A stretch of DNA of 26,139 nt from a virus. Lineage: Duplodnaviria > Caudoviricetes. How positions within the stretch are numbered: position 1 is the first letter of the stretch; every line of letters starts with the position of its first letter. The position numbers and the translations under genes were made by a program. Shown one piece after another: positions 9,485-17,976 of this stretch. The notes below the pieces were generated by a model. That model searched no databases. It was not told the origin of the DNA and saw only the letters and a program-made list of their open reading frames with translations. The stretch spans positions 1 through 26,139 of IMG/VR virus record IMGVR_UViG_3300033067_000881. One strand, 5' to 3'.

Positions 9485-10066
9485 ATGAGAGTTAGGCGAA
9501 CAGTTTTGGTTGAGTGTTCTGCCTGTAAGATGGACTATTTCAAACGAGTTGATACTTTACAAAATTGGAACGGAATGTGCCAAAAGTGTTCTTCAAGGAA
9601 TGTCATCTTAACCAAAATTAAAGGAATCACTAGAGTTAAAAAACCAGACTGCAACCAGTGTGGAAGGATGCTTAGACAGAAAACAAAATCAGGTAAATGT
9701 TTAAAATGCAGTATACCATTGAGGTCTGGTCACAATCATTATAAATGGAAACACGATAGGAGCTCTTTAGCTAAACAGCAGGAAAGAAACGATTCTTGCT
9801 ATAAAGAATGGAGAAAATCTGTCTATAGTAGAGACGGATTTAAATGCAGGATTGACAACGCTTACTGTTGTGGTAGAATAGAAGCACACCACATTCTCGG
9901 GTGGGTTTCGTATCCAGAACTACGTTATAATATTAATAATGGCATCACTTTGTGCCACGCTCATCATCCAAGGACTAGGGCGGAAGAGAAACGACTTGCG
10001 CCCGAATTTCAGCGCATAGTGTCAGTATCGAAAGTATACTTTGGCATACAAAAAATCAAATGCTAA
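9485..10066 (+). CDS. free-standing HNH endonuclease with N-terminal Zn ribbons
   Basis: Four CxxC motifs, RSGHNHYKWK, and WR..V..RD.F.C...HHI......NNGITLC..HH HNH core. Confidence 0.85.
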   Translation: MRVRRTVLVECSACKMDYFKRVDTLQNWNGMCQKCSSRNVILTKIKGITRVKKPDCNQCGRMLRQKTKSGKCLKCSIPLRSGHNHYKWKHDRSSLAKQQERNDSCYKEWRKSVYSRDGFKCRIDNAYCCGRIEAHHILGWVSYPELRYNINNGITLCHAHHPRTRAEEKRLAPEFQRIVSVSKVYFGIQKIKC

Positions 10067-11414
10067 CGGCCAAGCAACAATGGCCAATTCAGAACCGGTA
10101 GTAATCGCTTCTGACCAATCAACAATCGCTGTTTCTCTGGCTTCAGTTCCTTCTCACGCAGTAACAAATGCTGGCACTTTTGCCGTACAAGAAAGTGGAG
10201 CAGCATTAACAGCTCTTCAATTAATTGATGATGCAATAGTTGCTGACGACGCAGCTTTTACACCAGCAACAACGAAAGTAATGATGGCAGGTTTTGAGTA
10301 CGACGATACGACACCAGATAGCGTGAACGAAGGAGATGCTGGCGCAGCAAGAATGAGTGCCAACAGAAATATCTATGTACAAATAAGAGACAACGCTGGT
10401 AACGAACGCGGTCTAAACATTGATGCTTCTGGTCAGATTGCTACAAACGTTGCGATGATGAACGGAGTAGCTGTTACTATGGGTAACGGTGTTTCTGGCA
10501 CAGGAGTTCAGCGTGTAACTATTGCTTCTGATTCAACAGGAAACATAGCTACTATTGGTACTTCTGTCACCCCAGGAACATCAGCGACTCATTTAGGTAA
10601 AGCAGAAGATGCTGCCCACACAAACGGAGATGTTGGAGTTATGTCATTGGCGGTACGACGAGATACCGCAGCAGCCTCTTCAGGTACTACTGGAGATTAC
10701 GAACCACTTTCAACAGACGCACTTGGTAAGATATGGACAGCTCAATCACAGACGGAAGATGCGGCACACACCACAGGGGACAGAGGTTCTTTTGTCTTGG
10801 CTGTTCGTTCTGACACACTTGCAGCAACATCTGGAACTACTGGAGACTACGAGGGCTTCCACACAGACTCTATAGGAGCATTATGGACAAGGTCTAGTGC
10901 TGAACTTGCAGACGATGCTGCCTTTACCCCTGGAACATCGAGAGTTACTCCAGTTGGAATGCACGCTGACGAAACTGCTACAGACTCAGTAGATGAGGGA
11001 GACATAGGTGCACCAAGAATGACTCTAGATCGCAAGCAAATCGTCACCCCACAAGGACATGCCGCTGGTGGTCTTAGTATATTCAGGTCATTAGACATTG
11101 ACGAGACTGAAGAGGAAATAAAAGCTACGGCTGGAACAGTCTACCACATGTGGGTAACAAACACAGCAACTTCTACTCGCTGGATTAAATTCTATAACGC
11201 AACAGCAGCTAACGTAACCGTAGGAACCACAACACCTGTAATCACTATTGGTATACCAGGAAATACATCAGACGATGTAACTGGTCTATTCGGAGGTGGT
11301 ATTGGTATTGCTTTTTCAACCGCTATTACCGTAGCAGCAACCACAGGACTTGCAGATAACGACACTGGAGCACCTGCTGCTAACGATGTGATTATAAACG
11401 TCTTCTACGCATAA
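10041..11414 (+). CDS. virion fibre/spike-like protein with internal repeats (457 aa)
   Basis: A/T/G/D-rich with A-B-B-A internal repeats. TTG start (alternative ATG at 10080). Confidence 0.65.
   Translation: MAYKKSNANGQATMANSEPVVIASDQSTIAVSLASVPSHAVTNAGTFAVQESGAALTALQLIDDAIVADDAAFTPATTKVMMAGFEYDDTTPDSVNEGDAGAARMSANRNIYVQIRDNAGNERGLNIDASGQIATNVAMMNGVAVTMGNGVSGTGVQRVTIASDSTGNIATIGTSVTPGTSATHLGKAEDAAHTNGDVGVMSLAVRRDTAAASSGTTGDYEPLSTDALGKIWTAQSQTEDAAHTTGDRGSFVLAVRSDTLAATSGTTGDYEGFHTDSIGALWTRSSAELADDAAFTPGTSRVTPVGMHADETATDSVDEGDIGAPRMTLDRKQIVTPQGHAAGGLSIFRSLDIDETEEEIKATAGTVYHMWVTNTATSTRWIKFYNATAANVTVGTTTPVITIGIPGNTSDDVTGLFGGGIGIAFSTAITVAATTGLADNDTGAPAANDVIINVFYA
10605..10890 (+). repeat. intragenic tandem duplication, 150-nt (50-aa) period
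   Basis: EDAAHTNGDVGVMSLAVRRDTAAASSGTTGDYEPLSTDALGKIWT at 10605 versus EDAAHTTGDRGSFVLAVRSDTLAATSGTTGDYEGFHTDSIGALWT at 10755. Confidence 0.85.
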
Positions 11415-11419
11415 GTAAT

Positions 11420-12088
11420 ATGGCGATAGCAGTTGGTAATACGGCAAACGCTGAATCCAGCGGAACAACAACCGTTACTTCGGCTGCTTTTAGTATTTCT
11501 GGTTCAGACGTCGCTCTCGTTTGTTCAATATGTGATCAAAGTTCAGGCGCAGGTTCTGTTACTGGTGTGACGGCAAACGGTGTTTCAATGACCGAGGTAG
11601 ACACACAGTCAGCAAATGGAGCTGGAAATCTACGATTATTTGGCCTGTTAGGAGCTACTTCTGGAGATATTGTTGCCACTCGCTCAGCAACCGGTGATAG
11701 AATTACAATATGTGCTGTTGCGTATACAGGAGTGTCTCAATCAGTCCCTGTTTCTTCTTGGGTAAAAACTAAAGGTAGTGGTTCTGCAACAACTTTGACT
11801 GGAACACTTGTGACTCCAGAAGCTAACTGTTGGACTACAATGGGAACATATGTTTCTTCTGGTGGAGATACTACGACTGCGGGTTCTGGAACAACAAAAA
11901 GAGTTACTGGACCTGAAATTGAAGATCATTGGGACAGTAATGGTGCAATTGCTTCAGCTGGGTCAACTACGTTGAATGTTAATAATGGGAGCACCTATTC
12001 ATATGGTTATATAATGGTTGCACTTCAACCTTCTGTCCCATCAACTGGTGTAACTGGTAGACTAATGATGATGGGAATGGGCAGATAA
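11420..12088 (+). CDS. putative virion structural protein (222 aa)
   Basis: S/T/G/A-rich beta protein ending ALQP...LMMMGMG. Confidence 0.6.
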   Translation: MAIAVGNTANAESSGTTTVTSAAFSISGSDVALVCSICDQSSGAGSVTGVTANGVSMTEVDTQSANGAGNLRLFGLLGATSGDIVATRSATGDRITICAVAYTGVSQSVPVSSWVKTKGSGSATTLTGTLVTPEANCWTTMGTYVSSGGDTTTAGSGTTKRVTGPEIEDHWDSNGAIASAGSTTLNVNNGSTYSYGYIMVALQPSVPSTGVTGRLMMMGMGR

Positions 12089-12107
12089 TTAATAGCATGT
12101 TATTGGT

Positions 12108-12389
12108 ATGGATAATATAAAGATAGAAATACTTTATGTAATATTTGCTATGACAGGTGGAGTTGCTCGTTACTTAAATAGTTTTGCCGTAGATGGAGTC
12201 CCGTTTAAGTTTTCAATCTTTATCGCGTCGGCAATTGTGTCTGGTTTTTCTGGGTACATGTTCTCCCTACTGGGAGTAGCTCTTGCATTTAAGATAGAGT
12301 GGATTTTTATTATGGCTGGAACTGGAGGTTTCTTTGGTGAGCAAACAATGAAATACATACTAGAAAGGGTACTTTCTAAGGTAAAGTAA
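12108..12389 (+). CDS. holin (LydA-like, about 3 TM helices)
   Basis: 93 aa hydrophobic; GG.ARYL, VSGFSG and AG.GGF.G motifs; directly upstream of the endolysin. Confidence 0.75.
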   Translation: MDNIKIEILYVIFAMTGGVARYLNSFAVDGVPFKFSIFIASAIVSGFSGYMFSLLGVALAFKIEWIFIMAGTGGFFGEQTMKYILERVLSKVK

Positions 12390-12390
12390 T

Positions 12391-13098
12391 ATGCTAAAGA
12401 TTTACAATCCAGTACCACATAAAAACGTACAAAGGTTTGGAGAAAATCTACCCTGCTGCAAAGTTGATTCTAATGGAAAGGCCATTAGACCATTCATAAT
12501 GGGAGTTGCTACTTCAGGTTTGTGTCCTAGTGGTTACACTAAATACTATCAAGCCATTGGACAAAAAGGTCATAATGGAGATGATTTTTCGTGCCCAATA
12601 GGAACAACTGTCTACCATAATGTAGAAACTGAATATCCAGATATGGATTGGCTAGTGTTACACGGAAGCAATTTTGAGCTTAGCGGCAATGTCGCAATAG
12701 TAGTTTCTACCAAGCCAATCGCAATACCAGTACCAAAAGAGCAGGGTCAGTTTAACATGGCCACATCTGAGTACATAAAGCTTGGAGGGAAGCTGCATGT
12801 TGGATTCAGATATGCACACCTAAATTCTATTGCAATTCCACACGGGTCATTCATTAAACAAGGTGAAATAGTTGGAGTGTCTGGGAATACTGGTAAGACA
12901 ACTGGAGCTCATTTACACAGAGGCATGGCAATACATCAGTCATCTGGACTTGGTTTTAGTGTTGATGACGATAATGGATTTAATGGGTGTGTTGACACAG
13001 CGCCATTTATAGTGGATACTTACAAGATAACATCAGTAAGTAAAAAGTTCCTATTATCAAGATTATTGGAGTTATTAAAAATTAAATTGTATGGCTAG
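12391..13098 (+). CDS. endolysin, M23 family metallopeptidase
   Basis: HxxxD (GHNGDDF), YAHL and SGNTG.TTGAHLH (HxH). Confidence 0.88.
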   Translation: MLKIYNPVPHKNVQRFGENLPCCKVDSNGKAIRPFIMGVATSGLCPSGYTKYYQAIGQKGHNGDDFSCPIGTTVYHNVETEYPDMDWLVLHGSNFELSGNVAIVVSTKPIAIPVPKEQGQFNMATSEYIKLGGKLHVGFRYAHLNSIAIPHGSFIKQGEIVGVSGNTGKTTGAHLHRGMAIHQSSGLGFSVDDDNGFNGCVDTAPFIVDTYKITSVSKKFLLSRLLELLKIKLYG

Positions 13099-13297
13099 AG
13101 AGAGATTTTATAGTAAGACATGGGAGGAAATGAAGGGTCGTCAGGCAGACGCAAAAAGAGAGGCTATAAAGCTGGCTCGTGAGACAAAGCACCTTGGGTT
13201 GGCTGATATTGACGACGAGGGCTTTAAGCGAAAGGTTATGAGTGCACGTTTCGTCTCTGAATCTGAAAAACGAAAGGTTGCAAAACGAGCAAAATAG
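13091..13297 (+). CDS. small basic hypothetical protein (68 aa)
   Basis: Overlaps the endolysin stop by 8 nt; TATG start context. Confidence 0.6.
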   Translation: MARERFYSKTWEEMKGRQADAKREAIKLARETKHLGLADIDDEGFKRKVMSARFVSESEKRKVAKRAK

Positions 13298-13306
13298 TGG
13301 TATACT
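13278..13306 (+). promoter_or_regulatory. extended -10 promoter, probably leaderless
   Basis: TTGCAA (13278-13283), 17-nt spacer, TGg-TATACT (13301-13306). ATG 13313 lies 6 nt downstream. Confidence 0.65.
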
Positions 13307-13312
13307 ATTTTT

Positions 13313-13501
13313 ATGACAAAAGACACCCTAATTAGATACAGTCTTTCTACCGCACTAACCTTTGTGTCGGTAGTCGCTTCGTTACTACTTGTAGAGGTAG
13401 AGAAAGGAACGGCAATAAACTCAGCTGTTTTGGTATTAGCAACTAGAGGTGCACTAAAGATTATCCTCGAAAGCATGATACCATATGGAACAAGAGGTTA
13501 A
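13313..13501 (+). CDS. small membrane protein (second holin-like, 62 aa)
   Basis: Two hydrophobic segments (R....TF and A.R motifs); near the lysis genes. Confidence 0.55.
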   Translation: MTKDTLIRYSLSTALTFVSVVASLLLVEVEKGTAINSAVLVLATRGALKIILESMIPYGTRG

Positions 13502-13727
13502 GCTTGAATTCGATAGGATTAAAAACGAACTACAGAAATTGAGTTCGTTACTTAAAAACCACCGACATAGTGGTTCTGACATGTCACAAAAACTGGATAA
13601 ATATGCTGTAATACCAATAGTAGATTCAAATCCAACAGAAGCTACTGAAGGAGATTTGGCCATTGTTAGTGGGAAACTGAAAATTTACACATCATCAACC
13701 TGGACGGTAGTAGGAACGCAAACTTAA
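13485..13727 (+). CDS. small virion-associated protein (80 aa)
   Basis: Short coiled coil, HRHSG.D motif, and P.....GD....GKLKIY...W C-terminal module. Confidence 0.6.
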   Translation: MEQEVKLEFDRIKNELQKLSSLLKNHRHSGSDMSQKLDKYAVIPIVDSNPTEATEGDLAIVSGKLKIYTSSTWTVVGTQT

Positions 13728-13729
13728 TT

Positions 13730-15553
13730 ATGGCTAAATTTACACTAGAAATGTCAGGGTCGGGTGGTCTCGTACATCAATATGGAGACACCGTGGCTCA
13801 CAGATACTTGGCTAATAATGGCCAAGTTGTTTCTGGTGATTATAACCCATTCTTAAAGCCAGGGTATCTTGCACCCGCTTCCGGCTCTATAACTAATGTT
13901 ACTGGAGACCAAACATTTTCCGCTTCCTTTTGTGCAAAAGAATACGATCCGGTAAATGATGATTTCTATTTGCTTGAGGCTGGACGACAATTGTTTAAAG
14001 GAGATACAACAGCAGACACAGCTCTTGAAAGAGTTTATAATTTTCCAGCATCTAGTGTTGGTAAGGATTTGGCAATCTACGTTGTAAACGGTGTTAGAAG
14101 GTTGTTTGCTTTATATCAAACAGCTGGTGGTACTATAGGTATAGACCACATGCCATTACCTGCGACATTTGCAAGCGTAACCTTTACAGCAGATACTGGT
14201 ACTGAAAACATAACTCCGGCATCTGGTACATGGTCTAATGGCATGGCTGTACAGCTCACAACAACAGGCACCCTACCTGCTCCATTAGCCACATCTACAA
14301 CTTATTATGTTGTAAACGCAGGTGGTGGAGTATTTCAATTATCTACAACATTCGGTGGTTCAACTATTGATATAACTACGACTGGGTCTGGAACACATAC
14401 AGTAACACTTGTACCAACATCTCTTGTTAACACAGCGGCAGGAACTACTATAGCTTCAAACACGCTTTCTGGAGATGCATTTATGATAGTAGCGGACAAC
14501 GGATTCGCTTACGTGTGCATGGAGAACCAAGTGCACAAATTCGATGGTAACACTACTGGTGGTAGTGGAGGCACAATAACACCAAACGCATTACTATTTC
14601 CACCTAGCTTTAGAATAGTTGATGGTATTGACTTGAATGGATTTATCTATCTTGGTATTCATCAGTCTACCAATGACACAAGGTCTATCAACCCAACCTT
14701 TGAGCAAAGCGGTTCTGTACAAACAGGTATTTATGTTTGGGACAGGAGAACCACAACATCACAGACACAAGATTTTGTGCCCTTGCCTGGTGTTAAGGAT
14801 ATACGCAAGATATTTGTTTCCCCGTCAGGTTCTTTAAGAATACTGTGCAGAACAAATGAAAACATCACTTCTATAATGGAGTATAACGGAAGGACATTTC
14901 AAACAATACATGACGTTGGTTATGATAAATATCCAACCTATAGAGATTCTGTAGATACATTTAGAAACACCACTATATGGGCATCTAGAGACGGTATATC
15001 ACTTGCTTACGGCTCTTTATTTCCTGGAGACAAGGAAGGTCTATTTAGATTAACATCTTATACAGTAGATACAAACAATGGTGGAATCTTGCTTCCTGCT
15101 GTTGGCTCTGCCGGTACAGCTCCAGCAATGTATATATCTTATGTCTCCTCAACCCCAAAACTTGGAAGATTTAATTTGTTTACTGTTCCAGGTCAACTTG
15201 GGTCAGGAACAGATGCTCAGAAAAACACACCAATAGTGTTTCCTGTACAGCTATTACCATCCATGTCAACGCTTAAATCGATATACATACATGGTGCACC
15301 AGCTGAATCTAGCTCATCTAGCACACAGGCGACTGTAAAAATTTACCTCAATGGTAGTTCTACCGAGTGGGCGACAAAGACAATCACCGCAGCAGATATG
15401 GTAAGGGGATATTTCCACATACAGGTAAATAACCCTTATGTCAACTCAGTTCAGTTAGCTGTTACCTATAACTCTAGTGTCAACATCACCAAGTCTTCAT
15501 TCTTCCCATCATTTGCAACAATAGAGTATGAGCCAACAGCTACTATTAAATAG
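13730..15553 (+). CDS. putative tail nozzle/stabilisation protein (beta-propeller, 607 aa)
   Basis: Beta-rich, propeller-like blades (IYVWD, IMEYNG); adjacent to adaptor and ejection genes. Confidence 0.55.
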   Translation: MAKFTLEMSGSGGLVHQYGDTVAHRYLANNGQVVSGDYNPFLKPGYLAPASGSITNVTGDQTFSASFCAKEYDPVNDDFYLLEAGRQLFKGDTTADTALERVYNFPASSVGKDLAIYVVNGVRRLFALYQTAGGTIGIDHMPLPATFASVTFTADTGTENITPASGTWSNGMAVQLTTTGTLPAPLATSTTYYVVNAGGGVFQLSTTFGGSTIDITTTGSGTHTVTLVPTSLVNTAAGTTIASNTLSGDAFMIVADNGFAYVCMENQVHKFDGNTTGGSGGTITPNALLFPPSFRIVDGIDLNGFIYLGIHQSTNDTRSINPTFEQSGSVQTGIYVWDRRTTTSQTQDFVPLPGVKDIRKIFVSPSGSLRILCRTNENITSIMEYNGRTFQTIHDVGYDKYPTYRDSVDTFRNTTIWASRDGISLAYGSLFPGDKEGLFRLTSYTVDTNNGGILLPAVGSAGTAPAMYISYVSSTPKLGRFNLFTVPGQLGSGTDAQKNTPIVFPVQLLPSMSTLKSIYIHGAPAESSSSSTQATVKIYLNGSSTEWATKTITAADMVRGYFHIQVNNPYVNSVQLAVTYNSSVNITKSSFFPSFATIEYEPTATIK

Positions 15554-15554
15554 T

Positions 15555-15583
15555 TTGAGTATTGTCAAATTACGTGCTATAAT
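15555..15583 (+). promoter_or_regulatory. extended -10 promoter with very short leader
   Basis: TTGAGT (15555-15560), 17-nt spacer, TGc-TATAAT (15578-15583). ATG at 15592. Confidence 0.7.
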
Positions 15584-15591
15584 GTGTTAAT

Positions 15592-16794
15592 ATGTCAGTA
15601 CAAGTATCAGATATCATAACCAATTTTAACACGTATTTGGGTGACTCCTCGAACGATAGAGTGACTGCAGCAGAGCGTCTTCAATACGTTACAGAGGCTG
15701 TTGTATGGCTTAAGGAGTCCCTACAGAATGACCACGACATTCGTACATATGACTTGTCTTATATAGATACTGTACACTACTATGAAATAACTAGCACACT
15801 TGCAGACCTACTTGAAGGAGCAAGTTTGCGTAGGGTTGAGGGAAAGAACGCCGATCCGATGACACATAAGTCAGCAGAAGAACTTGCTCAAGAAATATCT
15901 GTTGGGTATATTGGTGATGACTCTTGGGCTATAGAAAGAAGGGATGGAGACACGTTCCTTGTTATAAATGCTCGACCAGAAAACTACTCAACATTAGTTG
16001 ACAGTATGGACGCAGTCGGTAGTTGGGTTGTTGATGGCACCACATCTGATGCGACAAACCTTACATTAGACGAATTGGTAAAATACCAAGGAACTGGGTG
16101 TATCAATTTTGATGTTGACGTTTCACAATCCGGAAATAACAAAGCTACCATAACAAACTCCGCAGTCTCTTTTGACTGGAGCGATGAGGAAGGAAAGGCG
16201 GTTATTGTCATGGACGTTGGACTTCCTGACGTTACCGAGATAACCTCAATAACGTTTTCATGGGGCAATGATTCATCAAACTACTGGACAACAACTGTCA
16301 CAACTGATATGGATGGTAATTCATTCTCTGACGGGAAGAACACACTTGCTTTTGAGTGGCAAGACGCTACTCAAATCGGGACAGTAGATTCATCTGATAT
16401 AACGTATTTAAATTACACAATAAACTACACAGCTTCACAAGCTGATGACACAGATTTCCGCATTGATAACATACGAATCGCAATTCCTGAAACACTCACA
16501 TTCTACTATCTAACCTGGGTTGTAGGCACAGATACTACTGGAGCAACAGATAGGCTTGCTTTTACCGCGACAACAGACAGACCTTACTTCTCTGGCAGGT
16601 ATGACCAATACAAATATGCAGTTGCTCATAAAGCAGCTTCTCTTGCATTTGATAATTTACGGCTCGGAGGTGAGGCTAATAAAGAACTAGCCTTAGCACT
16701 TGATCAGCTTAAACGAGTAAAACAGATATTCCCACAATCTATTACTAGCGAAGTTAAGAGCTTCAAAGTGAGAGGAATAAATTTTAATAAATGA
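15592..16794 (+). CDS. putative head-tail adaptor with inserted acidic beta domain (400 aa)
   Basis: Helical N- and C-termini typical of adaptors flank a D/T-rich central beta region. Confidence 0.5.
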   Translation: MSVQVSDIITNFNTYLGDSSNDRVTAAERLQYVTEAVVWLKESLQNDHDIRTYDLSYIDTVHYYEITSTLADLLEGASLRRVEGKNADPMTHKSAEELAQEISVGYIGDDSWAIERRDGDTFLVINARPENYSTLVDSMDAVGSWVVDGTTSDATNLTLDELVKYQGTGCINFDVDVSQSGNNKATITNSAVSFDWSDEEGKAVIVMDVGLPDVTEITSITFSWGNDSSNYWTTTVTTDMDGNSFSDGKNTLAFEWQDATQIGTVDSSDITYLNYTINYTASQADDTDFRIDNIRIAIPETLTFYYLTWVVGTDTTGATDRLAFTATTDRPYFSGRYDQYKYAVAHKAASLAFDNLRLGGEANKELALALDQLKRVKQIFPQSITSEVKSFKVRGINFNK

Positions 16795-17975
16795 TTATGA
16801 CCCCACAAGAACAACTTTTAGCAACGTTTAGGACACAGGCACAAACAAGTTCTGCAAGCACAGCTTCAACCACCCCAGTTGAAGACCCGTTTATAACAAT
16901 GCTCAAATCCCAGCTTGTTGGACAAAACGGGATAATCTCATCACATCAAGAACCGTTGTCTTTAATAAAGAAAGCCCAGGAATCAATTGCTTCTGGAGCT
17001 CAATCATCTGCACAAGCTACAGAATCAGTATACGGTAGAAAAATAGAGGATACAAAGACGGGGATAAGTTCGTCTCTAACAGCCGCTAATGAGGCACAAC
17101 GAGGCTTTGCTACCAACACAGCTCTTCTTACCCAGATAATTGAAACTGGTCAAAAGCAGATTAATGACCTAGAGCAAAGAAAGTCAGAGCTTATAATGTC
17201 TGGCAATGCTGAAGCGGCAGGAAAGATTGCGGAGTTGCAGGTTCAGGAAGCTACCATGATGGTGAATAACAGACAACAGGTATTCCAAAACCTGCTTTCT
17301 ATGGCTGGACTAAGTTTCCAAGAACAAGGAATAAAGCTACAGAAAGAACAATTTAAGCAATCAGTATTTGAGTTTGACAGACAGATGCAAGCTAAGCTTG
17401 GTGAAACAGCACTACGTTATGGTGTTGAACTCAAGCCAGGAGATACAGTTGAATCTGTAATACAAAGAGCAATGCCGAGGGCTAATGAAATGCAGAAGCT
17501 AGAGCTTGAGGATATGCGTCTTGGCTTACTCTTAAAGAATTCTCAGATAGCTGTCGAAAAAGCACAACTAGGTAAACTTAATAGAGAATCGGAAGATGCC
17601 AAAGCAGTAGCTAACGCATTGAGTGTCTTTGGGTTTAACCATCCATTTAGCCAAGGTCTTATTGAATCTGCCGCAAAGGGTGGAAATCTCTCTACGGTTG
17701 CTAACCTATTCAATGAAGCATCACAGCCAAGGCAGTATGACTCATCCACGCTTGCTCAAAAAGCTCTATTCCTTAAATCATCTGGTACATCTATACAGGA
17801 AGCAATTGGTATAATAAGAACAGATTCTTCAATCTTAAACCAAGATAAGGCTGAGGCTATACTCAGAACTGTATATGGAAAGCCAGCAGTTGATTCATTG
17901 TCTTCGTTACTTGTTAAAGAATCTCTTAAAAACATAACATCTTTTAACGCAGCGAGTGCATTAGGAGGAAGATAA
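16791..17975 (+). CDS. putative internal virion/DNA-ejection protein (394 aa)
   Basis: Q/A/S-rich helical protein with no Cys; precedes the giant ORF. Start may be ATG 16797. Confidence 0.55.
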   Translation: MIMTPQEQLLATFRTQAQTSSASTASTTPVEDPFITMLKSQLVGQNGIISSHQEPLSLIKKAQESIASGAQSSAQATESVYGRKIEDTKTGISSSLTAANEAQRGFATNTALLTQIIETGQKQINDLEQRKSELIMSGNAEAAGKIAELQVQEATMMVNNRQQVFQNLLSMAGLSFQEQGIKLQKEQFKQSVFEFDRQMQAKLGETALRYGVELKPGDTVESVIQRAMPRANEMQKLELEDMRLGLLLKNSQIAVEKAQLGKLNRESEDAKAVANALSVFGFNHPFSQGLIESAAKGGNLSTVANLFNEASQPRQYDSSTLAQKALFLKSSGTSIQEAIGIIRTDSSILNQDKAEAILRTVYGKPAVDSLSSLLVKESLKNITSFNAASALGGR

Positions 17976-17976
17976 T

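Noticed and set aside
9485-10066. Group I intron around the HNH (also considered for 6754-7050 and 24586-25083)
   Set aside because: The ORFs abut or overlap their neighbours, leaving no room for a ribozyme core, and no P7-like elements were recognised.
10605-10890. CRISPR array or DGR template/variable repeat pair
   Set aside because: The repeats are in-frame coding duplications with mostly synonymous or conservative, non-adenine-specific differences. No reverse transcriptase or cas gene is present in the window.
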